Source of the DNA: Mercenaria mercenaria
Taxonomy: Eukaryota
Assembly (NCBI RefSeq): GCF_021730395.1
Contig: NC_069364.1
Location: 83,339,972-83,403,971 of the forward strand
Length of the DNA stretch: 64,000 bases
Direction: 5' to 3'
The translations under genes and the position numbers were made by a program. The notes below the pieces were generated by a model that was not told the DNA's origin, did not search any database, and saw only the letters and a list, made by a program, of their open reading frames with translations. Of this stretch, positions 1 through 11,318 are shown one piece after another. Within the stretch, counting starts at the first letter, position 1. Each line of letters starts with the position of its first letter.

Positions 1-345
1 AACCACAACACTTAGACCTTTGATATTTGGTTTGTAGCATTGTCTTATGGTCCTCAACCAAAATTTTTCAAATTGTACCCCTTGGGTGAAAAGAGGCCCT
101 GTCCTGGGGGTCCCAAGTTTTATATAGACTTATATAGGAAAAAGCTTTAAAATCTTCTTGTCTGAAACCATATGACCTAGGCTTTTGATATTTGGTATGA
201 TGCATTGTCTAATAGTCCTTTACCAAAATTGTTCAAATTATGCCCCTGGGGTTAAAAGAGGCCCCGCCCTGTGGTCACTTAGTTATTATGTGAGTTATAT
301 AGGAAAAATACTAAAAAATCATCTGATCCTATTTCCAAGACTGTT
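1..345. repeat. Satellite-like tandem repeat, about 170-bp unit x2 (truncated by the window edge). Same family as the array at 35060-35770, in opposite orientation.
   Basis: Positions 1-170 and 171-340 align to each other. The reverse complement aligns to the 35.0-35.8 kb monomers through the shared motif tcccctagggtcaaatatggccccgcccc...tatatagacttatatagggaaaaa. Confidence 0.6.
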
Positions 346-349
346 TAAT

Positions 350-816
350 TATAATTACCTGATGTCCCCAAGTAATATGATGTCATTTGACTGTGACCTT
401 GACCTACTGACCTACTTCCTATGTTTTAAGATACAGCCTTGAAATTTTGATGACATACACAGTTTTGCACACAAATCGTAAAACTGAATTTCATTGACCA
501 TGATTGTGACCTGCTGACTTTTCTGCTGTTTTCTTTTCTGATGACCGTATAAAGGTACTTTCAGCAGCTGACTTCATTAGGAACTTACAGACGTTATCGT
601 TTGCAAACTGTGTGATAACTAATAAAGAAATGTATAAAGATAAAGTATTTGTGATGTTTATTGTTTGAGAGCAATTAACGGTTTTGCAAAATTGAAACCG
701 GTTTTACCTAGTAATCATATCGGATCCGATTAACCTAGTAATCGTTCCAATCCTATTTGAAACATGTAGCTCATATTACTCGGGTGAGTGATCCAGGGTC
801 ATCATGACTTGTGTTT
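350..816 (-). mobile_element. Probable 3' portion of a truncated Helentron-like element. It ends in a degenerate CTCTTGTT-type terminus.
   Basis: 782-816 gggtgagtgatccagggtcatcatgacttgtgttt resembles the ggtgagcgatacaggaccatcatggccctcttgttt termini at 8300-8337, 11281-11318 and 14605-14640. Confidence 0.3.
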
Positions 817-978
817 AGCTATACATGTATTGTGTATTGTCTGAATGCATAGTACTGTGAATACAAATAAACTTGTTGATTTTGATGTGTACATAAACTA
901 TACATAGTAATTGTTCAAATTTTCAAATTTGAAATTATGTTTAGTATATCTTTAGATAAAGAAGAGTTTTTTTTTCAG

Positions 979-1093
979 AATGGGTTGTTAGTAGATCCAC
1001 CAGTGTATGAAGCATTAAGGACACCACATGTACTATCTGTGCTACAGGAGGGGTACACACAGGAACAAGTGATGGAAGCTTTTAGTAGATTTG
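979..1093 (+). CDS. Internal coding exon of an IAP/BIRC-like gene, possibly a UBA-like helical region. Starts in phase 0 and ends in phase 1.
   Basis: Acceptor tttttttcag|AAT at 976-978 and donor G|gtaaaat at 1094. It translates NGLLVDPPVYEALRTPHVLSVLQEGYTQEQVMEAFSRF and joins in frame to exon 2696-2877. Confidence 0.6.
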
Positions 1094-1338
1094 GTAAAAT
1101 ATCTAATTTTTTAATACTTTATGATTTGAAGCATTTTTCAAAATATTTATAATGTAAGGTCATACTCTGTACCTGCTATAAAGTCAGAAATGTTTTTGTC
1201 AGATTACATTTTGCTACATTTACATTTTTGATTATTTTGCAAATTTTGTCTAGTTTTATTTTCTTTTATGGGAAAATTTATCAGTTTACTGGAGATTAAT
1301 GTGTGTTTCAGCCTGGTTTTGCATTTCACAAGTAAATA

Positions 1339-1489
1339 CAGTCAGTTGCCTTAAGCAGCTAGTAAGCTACAACTGTGTCTGCCCGAATCAGCATTTTCTT
1401 CTAATTTCCACCTGACTGAGGCAGCCATCTTTCTTAAGCAGCCACATTGTGTCACTCTCTTGTCTAGCTGCTTTATACAGGTTTGACTG
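1339..1489. mobile_element. About 150-bp MITE (Tc1/mariner-like, Stowaway-type) in an IAP intron.
   Basis: TIRs CAGTCAGTTGCCTTAAGCAGCTAG (1339-) and CTAGCTGCTTTATACAGGTTTGACTG (-1489) are flanked by a TA/TA duplication (1337-1338 and 1490-1491). The same terminal motif ACAGGTTTGACTG recurs at 9117 and 22262. Confidence 0.5.
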
Positions 1490-2695
1490 TATATAGTGTT
1501 ATAGTTCCCTAATTCTACATACTTCCAACATTTAAATGAATCCCATCTGCCTTATGCATGAATTCCTTTTTAAACTTGTGGTTCGTGTGAAACCCTAGAA
1601 GTCTTATACAGTGATAACAATTTTCTCCAAGTTTTCTTGTCTGATTTATTAATGTAACAGTAATTCTTTACTGTTCCAATTTGAAAACACAAACTATTTC
1701 ATGAATTAAGTAATCACACTACATGTATATTGATGTTAATAATTCATTGATTATTCTTGTAGGTTAACTGATTGTACTGATGAAGTTCCCAGCAAGTATT
1801 CTCCTTGAACTATGGGGGTACATTCAGCTTACAAGTCTGGTCATGTAAAAAAAATGTACACCCCATGTCTCCTAAAGGGGTGACTAGAGCTTTGAATGTG
1901 TACACACATCTTTGCATCATATCCAACAGAAAGGGGAAAGGAGATATTTCTGGAAACAATGGAATTGACAGATACTTATCAAATTGTTTTGTGAGTTGTC
2001 AGTAAAGAATGTGCAGGCTATGTTTTACTGTTGCTACAGGCAACATAAAGAAATAACAATTCTACAACAGCTGTTAGGTTTAATGCACCTCCCACTACTG
2101 GACTTTTATTGCTGAGCAATGGTCTTGTTTAACATTTTTCCTTATATATGAGAAAATTGTCATTGGCTGTATTATGTCATTTCATTGTATATAGTTAGTT
2201 ATGTCCCCCACCTGTCAGTCTGTTGGTCAGTCAGTAGACCATTTGGCTTCCCATTCATAACAAGAGAATGCTTGGGCTTATGGGTGTCAAATTTCACATG
2301 ATGATTGCCTAAAGCTTACTGGGTCAGTACCTATAGGGTAAAGGTCAAAGTGACCTTGACATTGAAAATGGCTTGAAAATGTTTGGGCCTATGTTCTTCA
2401 GACTTCATGGAATGATTTGCCTGTAGTCGGTAGATGAGTAGGTCAATGATCAAGGTCACTGCATACAAAATGACATACTCAGTTACCTTTAACAGGTCAT
2501 CATTTTGGGGTAATGTGTGTTACAACTCCTTTTGAAAAATGTGATTGTAATAAAAAGATTATTTGTTCTATACTTAGAAATGCTGGTGTTCACGCCAATA
2601 TTTTGCTTCTAATGTCAAGCAGTATATCTGCAGCAGAACTTGTGCATATTTCTTGATGCAGATCAAATAATCTTAAAATATAAATAAATTTTCAG

Positions 2696-2877
2696 GCAGA
2701 GCAAATTTGGTAGATGCTCCTAGCATTAAACAGGCAATAGAGCACACAAAAAGAGAACGGGAAGCGATTCTGCGTGAAGCCAACAGAACAGCTGGTACCC
2801 AGGAGACAGCCTCACCAGTTACACTTCCAGACGACGATGAAGAAATGGAAGTGGAAGAAACTGCTCTACCTGCACAG
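2696..2877 (+). CDS. Internal coding exon of the IAP/BIRC-like gene (acidic linker).
   Basis: Acceptor ttttcag at 2694-2695 and donor CAG|gtattat at 2878. It translates (G)RANLVDAPSIKQAIEHTKREREAILREANRTAGTQETASPVTLPDDDEEMEVEETALPAQ. The phase-1 start is completed by the G that ends exon 979-1093. Confidence 0.6.
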
Positions 2878-3722
2878 GTATTATTGCATTATTCTGATAA
2901 AAGAAACCATGTTAATTTTTGAAGAAAAATGACATTAAAGTCAAAATAGCTTACTTGCTTTGACTAAGAAATGATGCTACCATATTTGATCTATTATTCT
3001 ACATACATGACATTGCAAAATGTATTTGAACTGAAGGAATATTTAGCAAAAGCATATCTGAATTAATTTAGACACTTTGAGTAGGTTACACACTGTGGTT
3101 AGGTCTAATTTCACTTGTAAATTCTCCGACTTCAAGTCACATGCCTAGAGCTCACTGATGTGGTTCAAAACCTACCTTTGGTTAAAGAATAGCTATTCAG
3201 CTGGAGTATGTAAAGTCAGTGCTTCTACCAGGTCCCCATCCTGGCCTGTAATAATGTCTGAATGGATATCTGTTGGTCTTCCTCCACCATTAAAGTCTGG
3301 ATAGTCAATATGTGACATATGATGGTGTCCCTGTTATGTTACACACAACGAAAAAACAAAATACTACTTAAATAGAAGTTGTTGAAGCTTCTTCTTTCAT
3401 ATAGATATACCAGAAAAAAATGTATGTTTAGATTTAATCTTATAGCTCAAGACATAAGCAAGGCTTGGAAATTTGAGGCTGGGTTAAATGTTGAATATCT
3501 TTACAACCAGAATATTTCTGTCTTACTAATTGTGACGTGTCTGTTTTATGTTTGATTGGCATGAATCATGTTTTCAGGCTTCCTGAGTTTATCTGAATCC
3601 TACATTCTCTTAAAGCAATGATATTTTCTTATCGAAAGATTTAACTCATTTTTCAGGCTGATGGTTCTTTAAAAGCAGTGCCTTTTTCCATATTTAATAT
3701 CTTATTTTCATTATTCATTCAG

Positions 3723-3828
3723 GGACAGAGTTCAGCGAATAAAACTGTTGACTCTAACAGACCAACTAGTTCATCTTCTAATAAACCTACAAGCTCTTCA
3801 TCTAGTACATCTAGCTCTAAAGATAAAG
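3723..3828 (+). CDS. Internal coding exon of the IAP/BIRC-like gene (Ser/Thr-rich linker).
   Basis: Acceptor cattcag at 3721-3722 and donor AAAG|gtattg at 3829. It translates GQSSANKTVDSNRPTSSSSNKPTSSSSSTSSSKDK, starting in phase 0 and ending in phase 1. Confidence 0.55.
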
Positions 3829-4529
3829 GTATTGTGATTTCTATTTATATCAGTTACCATTGTCTCAAGGCGAATGATTTCATTAAGGTAGTGGACCCAG
3901 AATTACAATTGACATACATGTATTCCACGGGATTACTTATTCTGTTTCTGTAACTTGGCATTATCTAGAAGCAAATATAGCTTAACATTTAAATGCCTTT
4001 CTGTCAAAAGCGGAGAATGCCTAAATCCCATATGGAGAATAGGCAGTTTGCTGGTTGCCATTAAATGGACCGTTGCCTAAAAGTTATTATTTTGTTAATT
4101 TTTTAAAGGTGTGGTTTGAGTTGAAAGTTCAAGCAATCTGTGTTTTATGAAATTGTAAAAACTGAAATGTGAAAGAAAATTACACAATATACATTTAGCC
4201 GTCTGTAACACATTGGCTTAGAACTTAATTTTTTTTCATCAGAATGATTATGTGATATTTTGTTTATGATAAGGTGTGGGAATAAAATCAAAATTTTTAT
4301 CCAGTTTTGAGAAAAAATAGTTTTCATACCCATATTTAATAGCCTATAAAACTGTTAGTAGATTGTTTTTGTTAAGAAAACTTGCAGATTCTTTTTATCA
4401 TAAGAATGTTTCACAACTTCAAGTGAGTTGATGAGTTTGTTGATTGATCTGATTATCAAAAAGTAAAAACCTCTTAATGTTGTATCTAGTAGTACCAGGT
4501 ATTTTTAAAATTTACTTTTCTAATTTCAG

Positions 4530-4726
4530 ATGTCGAGAGTGTCATGCAGGAAAATGAAAAGCTTAAAGATATGAAGCTTTGTAAAATATGTATGGATAAT
4601 GAACTCTGTATGACATTCTTACCTTGCGGGCACCTCGCCACGTGTGAAGACTGTGCACAGTCGGTGCAAGAATGCCCTATTTGTAGAAAGGGTATTCAAC
4701 AAAGAGTTAAAATATTCTGGGCTTAA
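4530..4726 (+). CDS. Terminal coding exon of an inhibitor-of-apoptosis (BIRC/IAP-family) protein, encoding the C-terminal C3HC4 RING finger (E3 ligase domain). Stop TAA at 4724-4726.
   Basis: Acceptor taatttcag at 4528-4529. It translates (D)[64 protein letters not shown], closely matching the IAP RING signature (compare XIAP ...[52 protein letters not shown]). It is in frame with the three upstream exons. Confidence 0.85.
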
Positions 4727-4834
4727 AAGTTAAAGTAAGCACATTGGTTTTAATCATCTTTTTATTATAGACAACGAAAATATAATTACATGGTTTGTTA
4801 AAATTAATGTAGCTTTGGTTTAATGGTATAATTT

Positions 4835-4840
4835 ATTAAA
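4835..4840 (+). promoter_or_regulatory. Candidate polyadenylation signal (ATTAAA variant) for the IAP gene.
   Basis: ATTAAA lies about 110 nt downstream of the stop codon. There is no canonical AATAAA between the stop and the repeat that begins at 4884. Confidence 0.2.
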
Positions 4841-4883
4841 AATAATAGTTTAATGGTATTTAATTATTGCCTTCCATGTTATT

Positions 4884-5661
4884 TTTTTATGCCCCCGAAG
4901 GGAGGCATATGGTTTTTGAACCGTCTGTCTGTCTGTCGGTCTGTCAGTCTGTCGGTGTGTCCGCAATTTTCGTGTCCGGTCCATATCTTTGTCATCGATG
5001 GATGGATTTTCAAATAACTTGGCATGAATGTGTACCACAGTAAGACGACGTGTCGCGCTAAAGACCCAGGTCCGTAGCTCAAAGGTCAAGGTCACACTTA
5101 GACGTTAAAGGTCATTTTTCATGATGTGCATTCGTGTCCGGTCCACATCTTTGTCATCGATGGATGGATTTTCAAATAACTTGGCATGAATGTGTACCAC
5201 AGTAAGACGACGTGTCGCGCGAAAGACCCAGGTCCGTAGCTCAAAGGTCAAGGTCACACTAAAATGTTAAAGGTCATTTTTCATGATGTGCATTCATGTC
5301 CGGTCCATATCTTTGTCATCCATGGATGGATTTTCAAATAACTTGGCATGAATTTGTACCACAGTAAGACGACGTGTCGCACGCAAGACCCAGGTCCGTA
5401 GCTCAAAGGTCAAGGTCACACTTAGACGTTAAAGGTCATATTTCATGATAGTGCATTGATGGGCATGTCCGGTCCATATCTTTGTCATTCATGCATGGAT
5501 TTTAAAATTATTGGGCATGAATGTGTACCACAGTAAGACGACGTGTCGCGCACAAGACCCAGGTCCGTAGGTCAAAGGTCCTAAACTCTAACATAGGCCA
5601 TAACTGTTCATTCAAAGTGCCATCGGGGGCATGTGTCATCCTATGGAGACAGCTCTTGTTT
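4884..5661 (-). mobile_element. Helentron-like non-autonomous element carrying a satellite array (165-bp unit x4). Same family as 41814-42259, inverted.
   Basis: Left end TTTTTATGCCCCCGAAGGGAGGCATA (a hairpin plus the reverse complement of CATAAAAA), then a (GTCT)n microsatellite at 4921-4965. The array runs 4970-5620 and the right terminus AGCTCTTGTT lies at 5651-5660. Confidence 0.6.
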
Positions 5662-6943
5662 TTGATTATTTTTTTCATGAAGAATTATTAATTTATATGC
5701 AAGAAGAACTGTCTTGCTACCAAAAACACCAGCATACTGCAGCCAGGCTATATGTCTTATATGGGGGTGTGCTATATTATCCTAGGCAAGTGTAAGATTT
5801 TGTAGTAAGTCAGTACATCAGATTTACAATGGGAAGCAGTGGTCTAGCAGATGGGTCATCACTTAACTAGAAGTGGTCTAGCTATTTGTTCTTATCATCA
5901 AGACATGGAGAAAAGTTTTTGTAGGCAATATCTTCATTTTCGAGGTTATCACCCACTCAAAAACATTTGTCTCTCTTTGGGTCACAAAGTGCACAGAGTG
6001 CTGAATGAATAAAACTACCTAGGCGGTGGAGGAGGGGGCAGGTTCTTATCAAGGTTTCGAGACACCTGCATCGTCAATGATGTCGGTTCTTATTTGTCCT
6101 GGAAACTGACCGAAAAGAGATAGAAAATATTTCATAACTATGCTTAATTGAATCAGTGTATTTTAACTAAAGCAAAAATACTGTTGGACTTTAGATTTCA
6201 AACTTCGAGAAGAACATAATTTTTGCGACTTTGAAAAAGTTGCAAATATTAATATGAAAACAAAATTCTGAAAACTCCAAGTAAATCACAAAATGTAATG
6301 CAAGATAAGGTATTTTTTGCTGTAACCTGCAATATTTACAAGTTTTATACTGGACCAAGTTGTTTAAAATCTTAACAGTTGATTTCAACATTTTAGATGA
6401 CTTGGTACAACATATCTATGAATTAAAAATTATGAATACTAAAAAAAATACAGTGTTCAATCAAAACATCCTACCAGTGTTTATTATGAAGGCTAATATT
6501 TTGAATCAAAATGTAACTGGTGGTTAGTTTAATAGTCAGTTAAAGTTTCGAATAACTGGGCCAAGTATGTCAAGTATAGATGAAAATAAGCTCCTTGATA
6601 CTAAAAAGAGCCAAAACAGTGTTATTGTAGATCCTTTGGTTCTTTATGTTTAGGGTGCACTCAAGTCCCTTGGTAGGGAGAGCCTAAAACTTGCAGTCTA
6701 CAGAAGGCAAAAATGATCCCAAGGTTAGGCGGAAGTCCTTTGTGGCAATTTGACACAAGACAAAATGGCTGAAGATGTTTGTCTGCCAAAGCTTGAGTAT
6801 TGGGGGAAGTTGTCTGTTGTATATGTTCTTATGAAAAAAAATTCTGACTTCTACTGTTGTAGAATTCCCTTTTCAGGTTAACTGACCAGCATTATGTAAA
6901 CGAAATATTAAAATACCAAACAAACATGCTTATTTTTAGCTCA

Positions 6944-8337
6944 CCTGAGCACAAAGTGCTCAAAGGTGAGCTTTTGTGATAGCCCTGTGTCCGTTGTCCG
7001 TTGTCGCCATGCGTCTGTCCGTCCGTTAGTCGTCCGCCATCAACAATTTGACTGTTAACACTCTAGAGGTCACAATTTTGGCCTAATCTTAAGGAAACTT
7101 GGTCAGAATGTTACCCTCAATAAAATCTTGGACGAATTCGATATTGGGTCATCTGGGTTCAGAAACTAGGTCACCAGGTCAAATCAAAGGAAAAGCTTGT
7201 TAACACTCTAAGAGGTCAAAATTTTGGCCCAATCTTAATGAAACTTGGTTAGATTCTTACTCTCAATAGAATCTTGGACATGTTCAATATCGGGTCATTT
7301 GGAGTTAAAAACTAGGTCACCAGGTCAAATCAAAGGAAAAGCTTGTTAACACTCTAGAGGTCACAATTTTGGCCCAATCTTAATGAAACTTGGTCAGAAT
7401 TTTACCCTCAATAAAATCTTGGACGAGTTCGATATTGGGTCAGCTTGGTTCAAAAACTAGGTCACCAGGTCAAATCAAAGGAAATGCTTGTTAACACTCT
7501 AGAGGTCACAATTTTGGCCCAGTCAGTGAAATTTAGTCAGATTGCTACCCTCAATAAAATCTTGGACGTATTTGATATTGGGTCATCTGGGGTCAAAAAC
7601 TAGGTCACCAGGTCAAATCAAATGAAAAGCTTGTTAACACTGTAGAGGCCACATTTATGACTGTATCTTCATGAATCTTGGTCAGAATCTTAATCTTGAT
7701 GGTCGCAAGGTCCAGATTGAATCTGGGTCATGTAGGATCAAAAACTAGGTCACCAGGTCAAATCAAAGGAAAAGCTAGTTAACACTGTAGAGGCCACATT
7801 TATGACCATATCTTAATGAAACTTAGTCAGAATGTTGATCTTGATGATCTATAGGTTAGGTTCAAATCTTGGTCAGGTAGGGTCAAAAACTAGGTCACTA
7901 GGTCAAATCAAAGGAAAAGCTTGTTAACACTGTAGAGGCCACATTTATGACCTTATCTTAATGAAACTTGGTCAGAATCTTAATCTTGATGGTATCAAGG
8001 TCCAGATTGAATCTGGGTCAGGTGGGATCGAAAACTAGGTCACTAGGTCAAATCAAAGGAAAAGCTTGTTAACACTCTAGAGACCACATTTAAGACTGTA
8101 TCTTCATGAAACTTAGTCAGAATGTTAATCTTGATGATCTTTAGGTCAAGTTCGAATCTGTGTCATGTGGGGTCAAAAACTAGGTCACCTGGTCAAATCA
8201 AAGCAAAAGCTAGTTAACACTTTAGAGACCATATTTATGACCATATCTTAATGAAACTTGGTCAGAATGTTTATCTTGATGATCTTTAGGTCACTAGGTC
8301 AGGTGAGCTATACAGGGCCTTCATGGCCCTCTTGTTT
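6944..8337 (-). mobile_element. Helentron-like element with about 9 copies of a 145-bp tandem array. Same family as 13480-14640.
   Basis: TTTTTAGCTCACCTGAGCAC..GTGCTCAAAGGTGAGCTTTTGTGAT hairpin end, then a (CCGT/TGTC)n microsatellite. Monomers start about every 145 bp (7063, 7207, 7354...8221). Right terminus GGTGAGCTATACAGGGCCTTCATGGCCCTCTTGTTT. Confidence 0.65.
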
Positions 8338-8935
8338 ATGTATGGGCATGTTCTGAGATTTATTAGAAGGCTATATAAGTTTTGTTCTTCATCAACCACC
8401 TATATTCCTACCAGTAATTAGGTGTCTTATAGGATACTTCTTACTCCCCTAACTCTTGATTCATGTGATCAAGTTATTAATGTTACAGAATCAAGGATTA
8501 CTGATTTGGTAAATTGACTGGTTCAAAGATAGCATTAATTCTACAAATACATCAGTAGATCACAAAATCAACAAAATGTAATTCAAGCTAAAAACTATTC
8601 ACCCATCAGTTTTCATATTGTCTAATTGATGTCCATGCTTATGGTCATAATGAAAATTATTTTTCTGCTGCTCATTTAAAGGATTGATCTTTTTATTTAT
8701 CTTCAAAAAAGTAAGAAAATGACAGTTCGGGATAATGAAACAAAAGTTTTGCTGATCCATTAAAATGTAGAAAATCAGTTCGCATAGGTAACTAGAGGCA
8801 TCTGGTGTACAATTTACCAAAATCTGTACATAATTAGCAGTCTGAATTTATTATAACTTATATTTAGTTATACTGTTGTATTTTAGAATATATATGTTTC
8901 GAAATGTTTTTAAATGTTGTATTTGTTTCAAAATA

Positions 8936-9117
8936 CAGTCACACCTATCATACAGAACACATGTTAACAGAGACCATTTGGCTCAAAAGGTATATGTCCC
9001 ATTCAAGAAATTTATTGTATTTTACCTTTTGAATATACACCACTTGTAAATAAAGGTCACAGTTTGACTTTCCCCAGAATGAAGAAACTATATTTATATA
9101 TTAAACAGGTTTGACTG
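8936..9117. mobile_element. About 180-bp Tc1/mariner-like MITE with a TA target-site duplication.
   Basis: Left end TA|CAGTCACACCTATCATACAG and right end ACAGGTTTGACTG|TA. The termini are homologous to those of the 1339-1489 MITE. Confidence 0.45.
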
Positions 9118-9193
9118 TATATGAAATCATTTTGTTGATGGTTTTCCTTTGAGCTATTGCTCTGTTATTTTTTCGTATTTTCATGAAAGATAA

Positions 9194-9586
9194 TTTTAGC
9201 CCGACTATTGAAAGAATATTCCAAGCTGTTCCACTCACCCTTCCCTGGCATCGACATTGGCATCACACTAAAGTCTAGCATGCAAGAAGGTATAGCTATA
9301 ATTTAAAGGCATATAGCTTTGAAACTTATTTTTTCTTTTTCTAGGTCAATAAACGGTCTCACAGGATCAAGTCCCATAACTCTGACATGTATTTTGGCCA
9401 AATTATGCCCCCATTTGTACTTAGAAAATCCTGGTTAAAGTTTTGCATGCAAGTTACTATCTCCAAAACTAATGCAGATATTGGATCAATACCCTATAGA
9501 TATTTTAACATTTAGGGTAATATTCCTGCTTCTGGGACAACAGTTCGAATAGTCAAGCATTGATTGTTTTATGGACATCTCTTGTT
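9194..9586 (-). mobile_element. Single-monomer Helentron-like element. Same family as 23079-24417, inverted.
   Basis: Left end TTTTAGCCCGACTATTGAAAGAATATTC (reverse complement of the GACTATTC..GAATAGTCGAGCTAAAAA hairpin end). The body is collinear with the reverse complement of 23085-23400 and the right terminus CATCTCTTGTT lies at 9579-9586. Confidence 0.55.
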
Positions 9587-9906
9587 GTCATTATTTCGAT
9601 TAAGAGAGCACAATTATGGAAAAGCATCAATAGAGGTAGATATATATGTAATATTGTATTTTTGTCATTTATCAGTGCTAGATACTTTGACAAGACAGTA
9701 TTTCAGAATTCATGAAAAAGTTTATGTCTATCTTATATTAGTTAAAAACGTGTTTATTTATAATTTACATGTTGCAAGAACAGTGCGAAGTACAGTATAT
9801 GGAATAATTCAAAGTTTCATTGTCATTTAATCAGTTCAAAAGAAGCCTGATTGCAAAGTAATCACAGAGAAAATCAGATTTATGAAATATACCCCAACAT
9901 TTTTCA

Positions 9907-11318
9907 TTTTTAGCTCACTTGTCACGTAGTGACAGGGTGAGCTTTTGTGATCGCCCTTCGTCCGTCGTCCGTCCACAATTTCTTGTCTGCACGATAGAGG
10001 TTTCATTTATGATTTTATTTTAACCAAACTTGCACACAACTTGTATCACCATAAGATCTCGGTTCCTTTCTTGAACTGGCCAGATCCCATTATGGGTTCC
10101 AGAGGTATGGCCCCTGAAAGGGCCAAAATTAGCTATTTTGACCTTGTCTGCACAATAGCAGCTTCATTTATGATTTGATTTTTACCAAACTGGCACACAA
10201 CTTGTATCACCATAAGGTCTTGGTTCCTTTTTTGAACTGGCCAGATTTCATTATGGGTTCCAGAGTTATGGCCCCTGAAAGGGCCAAAATTAGCTATTTT
10301 GACCTTGTCTGCACAATAGCAGCTTCATTTATTATTTGATTTTAACCAAACTGGCATACAACTTGTATCACCATAAGATCTTGGTTCCTTTCTTGAACTG
10401 TTGAGATTCCATTATGGGTTCCAGAGTTATGGCCCCTGAAAGGGCCAAAATTAGCTATTTTGACCTTGTCTGCACAGTAGCAGCTTCATTTATGATTCGA
10501 TTTTAACCAAACTTGCACACAACTTGTATCACCACAAGATCTTGGTTCCTTTCTTGAACTGGCCAGATTCCATTATGGGTTCCAGAGTTATGGCCCCTTA
10601 AAGGTCCAAAATTGGCTAGTTTGGCTTTTGCAGCCATATAGAGACTTCATTTATGGTTTTATTTGATACAAACTTCCAAAATAACTTCAACAACAAAATT
10701 CTTGGATTCCATGACAAATCAGATCCAAGCGTAGGTTCAGTTATTTTATATCTGATTACCTCCCCTGATTGTAATCAAAATGGATTTATATCAGTAAGTA
10801 CTTATAGTACTTATTTGAAATTTCATTATTGTCATTAGTTGGACTGAGCCAATCAGGGTAGATAACTATGGACTAATTTTATGTCAAATTACCTCCCTTT
10901 ATTTCAAATTAAAATGGGTATATCTCCGTAACTAATGAAGATACTGATCTGAAATTTCATTTATGTCAACAGATTTATTCGGCAGATCCTTCTTTTCTTC
11001 ACTTACAATAATTTTTTTTTTAATTACTTCCCTTTTACGTTACTATAAATAGCTTATTTTTAGTAACTTTTTTATTATTGGCCGTAGGGAAAAACCAAGA
11101 CCACTTTTCTGTGGTACAACATGGATGGTACCTCCAATTTGTAGGTGTATTTTGAATATTATCTGTACCTTGTAAGAATTTTTTTTTTCTTTTTGGTTAA
11201 ATTTCTTCCCTTTGTTGTTACTGTCCTTTGGAATTAGATATTTTTTCTGAGGACCTTCTTGTCCTCAAGTGCAATGATAACAGGTGAGCGATATAGGACC
11301 ATCATGGCCCTCTTGTTT
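9907..11318 (-). mobile_element. Helentron-like element with about 4.5 copies of a 160-bp array (9990-10620) plus an internal 290-bp repeat module.
   Basis: Hairpin end TTTTTAGCTCACTTGTCACGTAGTGACAGGGTGAGCTTTTGTGATCGCC followed by CGTCCGTCGTCCGTCC. Right terminus CAGGTGAGCGATATAGGACCATCATGGCCCTCTTGTTTT. The array recurs inverted at 51480-52060. Confidence 0.65.
10965..11262 (+). repeat. About 290-bp interspersed repeat (unclassified small element). Other copies at 19266-19558 (+) and 43858-44080 (-).
   Basis: The three-way alignment begins GGCAGATCCTTCTTTTSTTCACTTACAATAATTTTTTTT and continues through ..GGCCGTAGGGAAAAAC..CTGTGGTACAACATGGATGGTACC. Confidence 0.5.

Noticed and set aside
937-1152. 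ORF extending beyond the exon on both sides (937-1152, 71 aa).
   Set aside because: Only 979-1093 is bounded by good splice sites and fits the downstream frame. The flanking in-frame sequence is intronic.
4850-5095. Overlapping 81-aa and 67-aa - strand ORFs immediately 3' of the IAP gene, duplicated at 42055-42304.
   Set aside because: They read through the (GTCT)n microsatellite and the first satellite monomer of a transposable element. The 'duplicate' is simply the inverted element copy.
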